Of a stretch of DNA of 64,000 bases, positions 52,330-64,000 are shown piece by piece. The stretch comes from Octopus vulgaris (taxonomy: Eukaryota). Location: the NCBI GenBank assembly GCA_951406725.2, contig OX597822.1:4464001-4528000 (forward strand), read 5' to 3'. The notes under the pieces are model-generated. The model did not search any database and was not told the DNA's origin. It was given only the letters and a program-made list of their open reading frames with translations. The position numbers and the translations under genes were made by a program. The stretch's first letter is position 1; each line of letters begins with the position of its first letter.

Positions 52330-53774
52330 AGTGGAACTAGTTAACAAAGTTGAGATCTTTTCTATATTTCTGAGATGAGGAATTTATATCATGCACACTG
52401 TCTAAATTAGTCAAACTGGCGACCTCACCTTGATTGTTGCTTTCACTACATTCTGGTTATGTATGCTCCACCCTTCGTCAGGTCTCTTATGATTCACCTT
52501 AGTGCCTTGCCTGGGTTTGAGTTCAGATTTTATTGTTTTTGATTATTTGATAAAGCTTTAATCGTGAACACATTATTGATTAAATTAATAGAAAATATTA
52601 CAATTTTATATTTCTGGATGAGGAATTCTGTAATATGTAAACTGTTTATATTAGTTAAACTGTCATCCTCATCTTGATCGTTGTTTTCACTACATTTTGG
52701 CTGTTGTATGCTCAAGCCTTCTTCAGGTACCTTGTGTTGAAATCAGTTGTTATATTGGAATTTCAAATCTAACACTTTGTTTAATCCATGGAGGTAATGT
52801 CACACAACACGGAGAGCAGAATGAGAACATTGTACTCTTGTGTTCAGGTTAAAAATTCCAATACAACAAATGGGTTCAATGCAAGACAACTGAAGAAAGG
52901 TGAAACATACAACAGCCAAAATATAGGTGAAAGCAACAACCAAAATGAGGACCCAGTCCAACTAATATAAATAGTATACATAAAGTAAAGAGCAATACAG
53001 TCAAAAGCTCAATGGTATGAAAATAAGGGAAACAGCTAGATCATCAGAAATAGTTGCTGAGATGCAGGAAATATCTGATGAAGTCAGACATGTGCTAATC
53101 ACTTGGGTAGTCAATGACAGAAGTGTTATAACCAATTCATAGAGCAGCAATAACTGCTACAAGAAGGAAGAAAATGCTGTAGAAAGGGAGTAAGCTGATG
53201 ACCCATTCTCTCAAAGTAACAAGAAGATTTATAAGCACAACTAATTACAAAAAGAATGAGGACAGACAGGAGGCGATTTGGGTTTGTGCTAGGAGAGGGT
53301 ACCATTTAAGAAAAGGTACACAAGAGGGTGCTTTCTTATGAAAACAAGGTATGACTTGGAGTAGATTTGGCAGCCACATAAATATTCCCTTTGTTGGCTC
53401 AATGTCTCCTTTGAACCGAGTGTACTGGTGCCATCTCTTCCAATTTTCTCAGTTTTTCTTTTCTAAGGAATCTATAATGAAGGCTCTATATAGTTTGCTC
53501 AGTTTGCTAGAAACAGCAGTCAAATCTCTCGTAAATCATGCTCTAGTGCCTCAAGAAAGGAAGAATACATCTGAAAAATGTAGCTCCACATTCAGAATGA
53601 CAGAATAACAATATAAATTTTGATCAGGCATCATCTGGGGTTAAATAACAAGGGGCTTGTTTGTATTTTGTTTTGTGATGTACAATTATTTCTTTGTCCT
53701 TTGTAATTTTTGGATGTCAATTACTTTACCATGTTCTATTCTGTTATCAATTAATTTTCTTTGATACAGCATTT

Positions 53775-53776
<2 letters not shown>

Positions 53777-53859
<83 letters not shown>
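53777..53859. repeat. (TA)n microsatellite; others at about 14678-14737, 43597-43677, 63140-63183 and 63372-63425
   Basis: Direct inspection. Confidence 0.95.
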
Positions 53860-53864
<5 letters not shown>

Positions 53865-54737
53865 ACGAATAGCCTGGGCAAAGTTCAGAAAGCTCCTACC
53901 CCTACTGGCAACAAAAGGCCTCTCCCTCAGAGCAAAAGGTAGATTGTATGATGCATGTGTGCGAACTGCCATGCTTCACGGTAATGAAACATGGGCTGTG
54001 ACTGCAGAAGACATGCGTAGACTTGAAAGAAATGAAGCTAGCATGATCCGCTGGATGTGTAGTGTCAGTGTGCACGCAAAACAGAGTGTAAGTATCCTGA
54101 GAGAAATGCTGGATATAAGAAGCATCAGATGTGGTGTGCAAGAGCGACGCTTGCGATGGTATGGTCATGTGCTGCGGATGGATGAAGAGAGATGTGTGAA
54201 GAAGTGCCACTCCCAAACAGTTGAAGGTATCAGGGGGAGAGGTAGACCCAGGAAGACATGGGATGAGGTGGTCAAGCATGACCTCAGAGCATTGGGCCTC
54301 ACTGAGGCAATGGCGAAGGACCGAGATCTCTGGAGATATGCTGTGACTACAAAGACCCGGGCTGCTTTCTGCAGCAATTCCACATACCCCCTACCCATTC
54401 TAAGTACCCCGGATCCCCAAAGTACCCTGGATCCCCAAAGTACCCCGATCCCCAAAGTACCCCGGACCTCGTTGCCCCCGTGCCGCTGACACGTTAAAAT
54501 GCTCGAACCGATCGTGACGATGCCGGACCCTCCGGCCCCTGTGCAGGTGGCACGTAAAAAGCACCCAATCCACTCACGGAGTGGTTGGCGTTAGGAAGGG
54601 CATCCAGCTGTAGAAACTCTGCCAGATTCAGACTGGAGCCTGGAGCGGCCCCTGGCTTCCCAGACCCGGTCAAACCGTCCAACCCGTGCTAGCGCGGAAA
54701 GCGGACGTTAAACGATGATGATGATGATGATGATGAT
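53860..54737 (+). mobile_element. 5'-truncated RTE LINE between (TA)n tracts
   Basis: RIRIAWAKFRKLLPLL...LYDACVRTAMLHG-ETW...RLRWYGHV, then 3'UTR and (GAT)n tail. Confidence 0.92.
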
Positions 54738-55254
54738 ATATATATATATATATAAACCAAAATAATTGAGATTCAGATGAATTAGGTACTTGCATTGAGG
54801 CACCAAAAATTAGTGCAGTATTATCCGTAAAATTTCAAAATAAGGTAAATAAAATCAAAATAAGCAACAGAATATCCAGAGGTGATGCAGAACTACCATT
54901 TCAAGCAGCTCCATTTAATTGAACAATGCAATCATTACATCAATTTAAATGCAGGACTATCCTCAGCTGCATAAATAAATAGAATTAATTTAGTTAGTTG
55001 GACACATTTGTATAAGTTTACTTAAATCCTCTAAGAGTGTAAGAAGGCAGACAAAGTCCATGCTGTTTTCACTTCAGCTTAGAAGCTACTAAGACATCAG
55101 GAAAAAGAAACTTGTTAGGGTTCTAGCTTGTCAGTGATTTTTTGGTCAGTTTTGATACATAGTCTTGTTTATCAAATCTTTGTATATCAAAATCTAAGAC
55201 TATAGAGCAGGGTCTGTTAGGAAAGGGCATGATGGAGTTGACAGAATCACAGTG

Positions 55255-56237
55255 AGTAGAGTCATAAAATTTGCCAAGATTGTCGCGGAGAGGGTCATAG
55301 CCCAACTAATTAGGGAGAGAGTCAGTTTGGATGAGGTGCAGTTTGGGTTTGTGCCAGGGAAAAGCACCACTGATGCTATATTCCTGGTAAGGCAGCTGCA
55401 GGAGAAATACCTAGCCAAAGATAAGCCCCTGTACCTGGCTTTCGTTGACATGGAGAAAGCTTTTGACAGGGTGCCCTGATCCCTTATCTGGGAGAGACGA
55501 TTGCACTAGTATGGTCATGTGGTGAGAATGGATGTGGATAGCTGTGTGAAAAATTGTCACACCCTAGCGGTTGAGGAAATCTGTGGATAAGGTAGACCCA
55601 GGAAGGCCTGGGATGAGGTGGTGAAGCATGATCTTCAAACATTGGGCCTCACCGAGGCAATGACTAGTGACTGGGACCTTTGGAAATATGCTGTGCTTGA
55701 GAAGATTCAGCTAGCACAAGTGAGACCATAGCCTTCATTGGACACTAAACTCTGCTTGTGAGGACCTGTTGAGGCAAGTGAAATCAAAATCAAAATCAAA
55801 TTCGATGACTGGCATCTGTGCTAGTGGAGTGCCTAGAGTACCATACGAGTGAGATTGTTGCCAGAGCAAAAAGCTGGCCTCCGTGTCGATGGCACATTAA
55901 AAAAACCATTCAAGCGTGATCATCACCTGCATCACCTTACTAGCACTTGTGCTGGTGGCACGTGAAAAAACATTTTGTGCAGGTGGCACATAAAAAGCAC
56001 CATTTGAGCATGACCGTTGCCAGTACCGCCTGACTGGCCCTCGTGTCGGTGGCACATAAAAGTACCCACTACACTCTCGGAGTGGTTGGCGTTAGGAAGG
56101 GCATCCAGCTGTAGAAACTCTGCCAGATCAGATTGGAGCCTGGTGCAGCCATCTGGTTCGCCAGACCTCTGTCAAATCGTCCAACCCATGCTAGCATGGA
56201 AAGTGGACGTTAAATGATGATGATGATGATGATGATG
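55255..56237 (+). mobile_element. Internally deleted RTE LINE copy
   Basis: QFGFVPGKSTTDAIF...FVDMEKAFDRVP joined near 55490 directly to the C-terminal GHV/GRPRK region; modular 3'UTR; (GAT)n tail. Confidence 0.88.
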
Positions 56238-56329
56238 ATATATATATATATATATAATTATATAACTATAATTATATATATATATAGAGAGAGATAATAA
56301 TAATAATAATAATAATAATACTGTCAACT

Positions 56330-57100
56330 TTAATGTAAACCCCCAAAATGAGAATAGTAATATTAATGATGAAGTGGAAAATAGAAATGGCGGTGTTAAT
56401 ACTTGTAATATACACAAGATAGATTGTAGCTCTGGGGCCTATGCTAGCATAGAAATTAATGATATTCCTGTTGATGTTAAAGCAGATTTAAATGATACTA
56501 CAGTTGAAGGGGAGATAGATAATAGCAGACATGAACTTAACACACCTGATAGTAGTAGTGGGACTAATAATAATAGTGATAATATTAATAATAGCAATAA
56601 CAATATGAATATCAATAATACTAATATTAATAATAGTAATTCTCCGAGTTGCAATTGTAGAGTTAGATCCCACTGTCCATTATTTGGCTGATGTCTTATC
56701 CAGAATGTAATTGATAAATGTACAATCATAACTATAACCAGTAATGTTATATATATATATATTGGATGTTCGACTGATATAAAAAAAAACGTCTTATAAT
56801 CATTTTTTAGACTTAAACATGAGGCTAATTGTACATCATGATCTAGTAAGATTTAGGAACTGAAGGAAAGTGGAATTGAGTTTAGCCTTAAATGGGAAAT
56901 AGTAAGAAAAGCGCAGCCTTGTAGAAATAGTAGATATGAGTGTGAGGTGTGCTCTAATGGAAACATATGAAATTTTTAAGAATAAAGACAAGAGCAACCT
57001 GTTTAACAATAGATTAGACCTGAGGGTATCATGCGTACATAGTGTCACCTGTACGTTTAGATATTTTCGAAATTAACGCTTTTTAGGTGTTGTGCTTAAA
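56330..57100 (+). mobile_element. Penelope-like element relic (GIY-YIG endonuclease)
   Basis: CNCR....CPL.G.CL..NVI.KC...YIG.S....KKRLYNH remnants with stops and frameshifts. Confidence 0.72.
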
Positions 57101-57244
57101 CTGAATTGATGGAAACTAACTTTTAATATTTTTAGGTGCTGGATCTAATTATTCTTATCCTCTAGTTATATATATATATATATATATATATAAATGAAGT
57201 GATATTCAGTTACATGAGGAATTAAAGTACTTTGCATATAATAT

Positions 57245-58330
57245 AAGCTATATAGTATAGTAAGTTAGTGTGCTACATGGAGTTAGTATACTCTCCTATG
57301 AATATTCCTGCCTAGTTAGTCAAACTGCATCATGGTTTTAGTGATTAATCAATTTATCCCTTTCTATAGTGTTCCACCCACCTGATCATATTATTATTTT
57401 TATGTAAGTAGCCCTCCTAATTAAGTGCCCCTAAGAAAGTATATTATCATGTATGTATTAACACTGGAAACTTTTAAAACTTATATTGAAGTTTTCAATT
57501 TCTAAAGTTATTTATGGACACCATGTATACACATATAAATGTGTGTGGGTGCGTGTGTGTGTGTATCGGTCATTTCCATCTCAATTTCTCTCTCTCTCTC
57601 TACATATATATATATATACTTTCATATATATATATAATATATATATATGCAATATAGTATAGTAAGTCAGTGTGCACCATGGATTTGTTATACTATTCTA
57701 TGAATATTCCTGTCTAGTTAGTCAAACTTCATCATAGTTTTAGTGATTAATCTATTTATTCGTTTCTCTAGTGCTCCACCCTCCTGATCATATTATCATT
57801 TTTATAAAGGCCTTTATGTAAGTAGCCCTCCTAATTAAGTGCCCCTAAGAAGGTATATTATCATGTATGTATTAACACTGGAAACTTTTAAAACTTATAT
57901 TTCACCTCTCAGTTTATAATTGATATATAGTTAGCATGTTCTATAGCCTCAGCATTCCTCTAGTAAATACCAAGTATCGGTCTTTATACCTAATAAATAA
58001 ATAATTTTAGTTTAAATGATTGAATTATTAAACAAATTCTATACAATCTTCTCTTCTCTTTTGATGATAATAAGGTATATATACTTCATCATGTTTTTTA
58101 GTGATTAAACTATTTATTCCTTTCTATGGTGGTCTACCCTACTGATCATATTATTTTTATAATAGCCTTTATGTAAGTAAACCTAATTTTTGTACCCCTA
58201 GAAATTTATATTAGCTTATATATAACAGCACTGGTAACTTCACAACTTATAATATGCCTCTTAGATTATTATTATGTAGTTAGCCTGTTCTATCGACCCA
58301 ATATTCCTTTATTAAATTGCCAGTAAATGC
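57245..58330. repeat. Tandem duplication of a ~400-bp unit (two close copies plus a diverged third)
   Basis: atagtatagtaagtYagtgtgc...gtagccctcctaattaagtgcccctaagaa recurs at about 57250, 57655 and, diverged, 58085. Confidence 0.8.
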
Positions 58331-60630
58331 CAGTGATCAATCTTCATAGATACCACCAAATAAGTAGATATTTAAGTACTAGCAGTATCACCTGGCGTTA
58401 CTTTAGAATTGGAATTTTTGAAAAGTAAAAATTTTGCATTATGTAGCTTGTTATTCTCTTTAAGTGAACATTTTTCTGGTTGAAATACACAAAAAATGGT
58501 GACAGTCAAAAAATCGTAAAATAATAGGGATTTTCATAGAAAAAAGCACCTTTTTGATGTAAATAATTTTTGGTGTTAACATGGTCCGATTTGAATTTTT
58601 TCTTCTATGGAAGGAAGAGCAAGCCTTCTTCTATCATACTCTCAATTTTGGTCAACTTGCGCCGCAAGGTCTCGGAGGAGATAGTGTTAGTTGAAGGCTA
58701 CCAAACCTGCCATACACAGACAACTTCAGCTTTATATATATAGATAATTGGTATGTGTTCACAAAGTCCAAACGATTAATACGAAAAAACCCTCCAGGCT
58801 ACATCCCGAAAATTCATTTCTTTGCCGAATTTCTACAATGTTTATGGCAATTCATTTTTATATCTTGATTTTTTTATTTTTCATGCAATTTACGCATGCT
58901 TACATGTATAGTGAACACAGTTCACGTCAATGCATGGAATAAGGCCTAAACAAACACATTATTGATTTTTGCACTTGCGAGATGAATTTCGGAACAGAAA
59001 TAGCAGTTCAATTTTCATTTGCCTAAACTTTAAGTGACCCATTTTTGGTGGTTCTACAATTTGTTGGCTAGGAGGAGATGTGCTGAGAAGTTAAACACAC
59101 AGACACACACACAGATACACACACAGATACACACACAGACACACAAGTTGAGTTTTATATATATAGATATGAATAATTATTAAACTAATTCTATGTAATT
59201 TTTTTTCTCTCTCTATTGTTGTAAATTTTGGTATATACTCAAAATTATTTAAAAATTTATCCTTTTTGGTTATAATATTTTCTTAATAACCCTAAATATT
59301 ATCTTTATACAGTATAACAATATTGTGTAAATCATTCAATTATAGTACCCTATGATAAAGATTTCCCCTGGAATATCATCATTGATTTTCTTAGAGTGTT
59401 GCCCCTTTAACTGGTAATTAACATCTTTACCAAACCTCATATCATTTACCAAACCTCATATCATCATCATCGTTTAACGTCCGCTTATGCATTCTCGCCA
59501 CATGACCATACTAGCACAGTCTTGCACACCATATCTGATGTTTCTTAGGTTCAACTTTTCTCTCAAGGCACTAACACTCTGTCAAGTATGCACACTGACA
59601 TTACACATTCATCAGAGCATGCTGGCTTCATTCCTTGTGAGCTTATGCATGTCCTCAGCAGTGGTTTTCTGCACATTTTCAGTGATATTTATTGCTCCCG
59701 AGCATCTGCCACATACAAAAACTATCCTCCCAGTTAGCCTTCCTTTGATATTGCTGCACCTCTTATGTGTCCATAGCTTACACAAGGTACATCTGGGTTA
59801 TATACATATATGTGAGTGTGTGTGTGTGTATCTATATATATATATATATATAATCTATATCACCATGACCGACCAGGCTATCAAATGTTGCTACACATCA
59901 CTGGTCACAACGTGCTTCGCATTGTTTTAGCCTTCAAATCACGCCACCCTGCTGGCTAAATGAGCAGGCCAACAGAAGAAAGAGCGAGAGAAAGTTGTGG
60001 CGAAAGAGTACAGCAGGCATTGCCACCCCACCTGGAAATTAGTAGGAAGTAATATAATGTACTATTGACTATGTATATTTGCATCTAGGTACTAATATGT
60101 GTATGTTTATTATCACAATATTAAGTTGAAAAACTGAAACATTGAATGTGGAACATATATATGTTTACTAATTTATATTATTTATTTACATTATTATGTA
60201 TATGTATATTTTTATATGTATAGGAGTGTGAGTATATGCACTCATATGTATATGTATATCTCCGAAGTGGCCTTATGATACTTTTGTAAATGTCTGATTT
60301 ATATCCATATATTGACCTACCATAAAAGGCTAATATTGGTAAAATGAGACATACTTATCTATATGGCCGAAACAGCTGTAAGATCTAATTTATACTTATA
60401 TTTATATTTACTTATATTTATATTCTCTTTTTCATATATATTCTACTTATTATACAACATTACTCTTTTATGTACACTTTTTTATGTACATTCCTTTATG
60501 TACACTGATTTGTTCTGCTTTTTTATGTTTAACCCTACAGTCTCTTATGTGGTGGTTTAATAAAGTATGTGATTGAGTATTATCTGGTAATTGATATTTG
60601 ATTTAGATGTATTTCTCCATTTTCTTATCT

Positions 60631-60674
<44 letters not shown>

Positions 60675-63137
60675 CACACTCACACACACATACATACATG
60701 CATATATATGTTTTTTGGGGGCTAATAAAATAAGTATCAGTTGAAGGAATCATGTCTTCTGAGGTTTCAATTTTGGCCTGGTTCCTACGACTGGATGCCC
60801 TGACTGACACCAATCACTTTACAAAGTATTCTGAGTATGTCCTTCATGGCACCAGCACCAGAGATCCTGTTGAGTTGCATAAAATTAGTTCATAGTTTAT
60901 CAAAAAAAAAAGGGCCAGTATTTTACAGCAGAGAGTGGAAATGGGTTGTTTTGATGCTCATGCATTCTTTGATGCCCCAAATAAAGTGAATTTACACCGA
61001 AGCCATAGAAACTATGCCAAAATAGACATTGGTGCATGATGTGATTCTTCAACTTATCAGGCACTGACAAACTGTCCAAACCATGGAAAAACATTGCTGT
61101 TGGACATTAGATGATGATAATGATGATAGGGAGACAGTCGAAGCAGCGACAGTGGTGGAGGCAGATGAGGTGAAGGAGATGAGAGGGAGGGGCTGACAAT
61201 GACGTTCTCTGCTGGTGTCTTTAAATTGGCAAAGAAAGGGCCACACATTTACAAGAAGCCCTTCAGTGCAGATTTGGTGCTCCCTTTATTAATAACAAAA
61301 ACCCTGAGTTGAACTCAGAATGAAAAGAAGTGAAAGTAAATAGTGTAATTTCATTCTGGAACTACCACATTGCTTAATATCGATTTCAAATTTTGGCACA
61401 AGGCCAGCAAGTTTGAGGAAGAGGAACATCAATTACAGTGACTCCAGTGTTCAACTGATACGTATTTTATTTCCCCCACCCCCCACCAAAAAAAAGATGA
61501 AAGGCAATATCGACCTCAGTGGAATTTGAACTCAGAACATAAAGATGAATGAAAGGGCACTAAGCATCTTGCCAGGCATGCTAACAATTCTGCCAGCTCG
61601 TATCCTTCACGTTGCTTACAGTTAGACTTAAAACTACGGCACAAAGCCAAGGGATGTATAGTTAATGGTAGCATCTCCAGTAGATGCCTAATACATATCT
61701 ATCATTCTCGAAAGGCAATAATCAAGTAAGGTTGGATTCCAACCTGAAATGGATTAGAGATAATACAAATTACGGTAAAGTGTTTTTGGCTATTTTATTA
61801 ACATTAAATGGACTAAGTGGATAGTAAATTGGTGTCAGACAAAATGCCTTGTGCTGTTTAGTTATGGCTTGTAATATTCTGTCAACCTTGGCTTTCATCC
61901 AAGCCAACTCTGGCTTTCATCCTACTGGGATTGATAAAACAGAGTGCCAGGAAGAATTGGAGCTGATTTGATATATTCTCTACTAAGATGTGAGGCCTGG
62001 AGATGATAATGCTATTAGTTATTTAGTGAGTGAAAATTAGTGAAGTGTAATTGTTCAGTGTGTAAAGAAGAGGGAATAAGTGATCAGAAATGGTAGAGAT
62101 AAGTGAAATGCTAGCAGAGGTGCAGGTAAGGCGGTGGGGTAAGAGGGTTGCCTCCCAGCCACATAGCCCCACTGCATGGCACCTTGGGCAAGTGTCTTGT
62201 ACTATAGCCTTAGGCTGACCAAAGCCTTGAGAGTGGATTTGGTAGACAGAATGCCTGAAAGAATCCTCTAGTATATATATATATATATATACATACACAC
62301 ACACATATATATCTAATATGTATGTATATATTTATGTGTGTGTGTCTTTGTGTTTGGCATGGTTCCTACAACTGGATGCCCTAACTAACACCAATCACTT
62401 GACAACCAATGCTGGTGTGTTTACATTCCTGTAACTTAGCAGTTCAGCAAAAAAGATCGATAGAATAAGCACTAGGCTTACAAAGAATAAGTCCTGGGGC
62501 TGATTTGTTTGACTAAAACCCCCTTAAGGCAGTGCTTCAGCCTGGCCGCAGTCAAATGACCGGAACAGATAAAAGAATATACACAGCTACACCACTCTGC
62601 TTTCCTTTCGGGATAAAACACTTGACTGGCCCAGGGTGGATAACAGTAAATGCCAAAAACAGTAACAGACATGGAAATTAGTTCAACTAGGTACCTTCCC
62701 CAAGAAAATTCTGACTTTTGTCAGTCACGGGGTGAAGGTCAGGAGAAATTGACATTCAACATGTAAGACTATTGAGATAGTAATATAGGAAAATTTGCAG
62801 AAGGGACGCCTTCTGCAAAAAGAACATATAGTTAAGTAAGTGCAGGATAACATTTAGTGGATATGTCGGTCTTTATAGTGGTGATGAGGATGACAGTGAG
62901 GATGATATTACAACTTCCACAAACAAAATTCTTGGTGCTTCATCGAAAGAGGATCAACAGTGTATATGAGCTTATTTTATACTTGAATCCACCACAAAAT
63001 ATTGGCCCTCCCCAAAATTGACATGCGATTAAGGGAAATATAATTTGATTGTCTAGGGACAGCTGTGGACATGTCTCAATTTCTGCTTCAATAAGCACCA
63101 TCGTTATAGTTGTTGCCTTACCTACCTACTAAAGATA

Positions 63138-63189
<52 letters not shown>

Positions 63190-63368
63190 TTGACCCTTCT
63201 GTCCAGCACTAGTAGCCATGATAGCTCGTTAGCCACTACACACATTTTTTTCTCTCCTTGTTTCTTTCTGTGTCCCTTTCTGTAGAAAAGCGTAGGCTCG
63301 AAACGTAAAAGACTTTTCTCTTCCTGAGCGTTATACTAATATATCTGTTTGTTTTTTTTGTAAACTCT

Positions 63369-63428
<60 letters not shown>

Positions 63429-64000
63429 TCATCATTTATGCATGTGCGTGTGTGTGTGTGTAAATGACCTTTAGGCTAGTTAATATATGTTTGTGACACA
63501 TTTTAGTTTCTAAAGGTAAATTCACAGCTGTTACCATTGAAAAGAAATTCTCTCTTATGGTAGAAAGTATAAAAACTCCATACTTGCTCGGTGCCTCTCC
63601 CACTGGATTCTCAGATGCTCATTTCTGACACTTCAATATTTCCCATTGAGGAAGGCTAAAGAGCCAGAAATGCATGTCTCGGAATCCAATGGGGAAAGCA
63701 CTGACCAGCTATGGTGTTCTTATACCTTTTAATATAGAAGAGAATTTACCTTTAGAAATTTTATATTTGTCACAAACATATTTTAACTAACCTAAAGTTT
63801 GCTTGTTCCTAATAACTGCTTGGAGCTAAGTTTTATCCTAACCAGGCAGTCCAATAGCAGAACTCAGTCACTAATGCTGACTGTAAACTGTTCATATATG
63901 TATGTGTGTGTATATATATATATATATATAGATAAGAAAGTTGGTTTGTGAAAGCACGTGGTTGAATATATAGAAAATAGTAAAAAGTGAAAAAACTACA

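Noticed and set aside
53761-54489. 242-aa ORF as a host gene
   Set aside because: (TA)n read-through fused to a truncated RTE C-terminus.
56374-56691. Asn-rich 105-aa ORF as a host gene
   Set aside because: Low-complexity lead-in to a decayed Penelope GIY-YIG domain.

Overview
AT-rich, repeat-dense metazoan genomic DNA. The SINE, RTE-LINE and (TA)n/(CAT)n repertoire looks like an octopus (coleoid cephalopod) genome; that assignment is inferred from recognising repeat families, not proven. One host gene is reconstructed by hand on the minus strand: 15 GT-AG exons from ATG 36354 down to 100, all phase-consistent, 1832 nt or about 610 aa, with the 3' exons beyond the left edge. It encodes an M3A oligopeptidase-A-like protein with an Arg-rich mitochondrial-type presequence. 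Its zinc site is rewired: HEXXH reads SEFGH, and the third ligand Glu is His. Just upstream of the ATG is a ~565-bp inverted duplication whose mirror arm ends at a plus-strand splice donor, suggesting a copied promoter driving a divergent transcript. The rest is mostly transposon-derived: a near-full-length but disrupted RTE LINE (43.7-47.9 kb), many 5'-truncated RTE copies with tandem pseudoknot-like 3'UTR modules, tRNA-derived SINEs, hAT/Merlin/piggyBac-type MITEs, Helitron, maT, Hero-like and Penelope relics with degenerate hammerhead motifs, and microsatellites. Most ORFs in the supplied track are spurious repeat translations.
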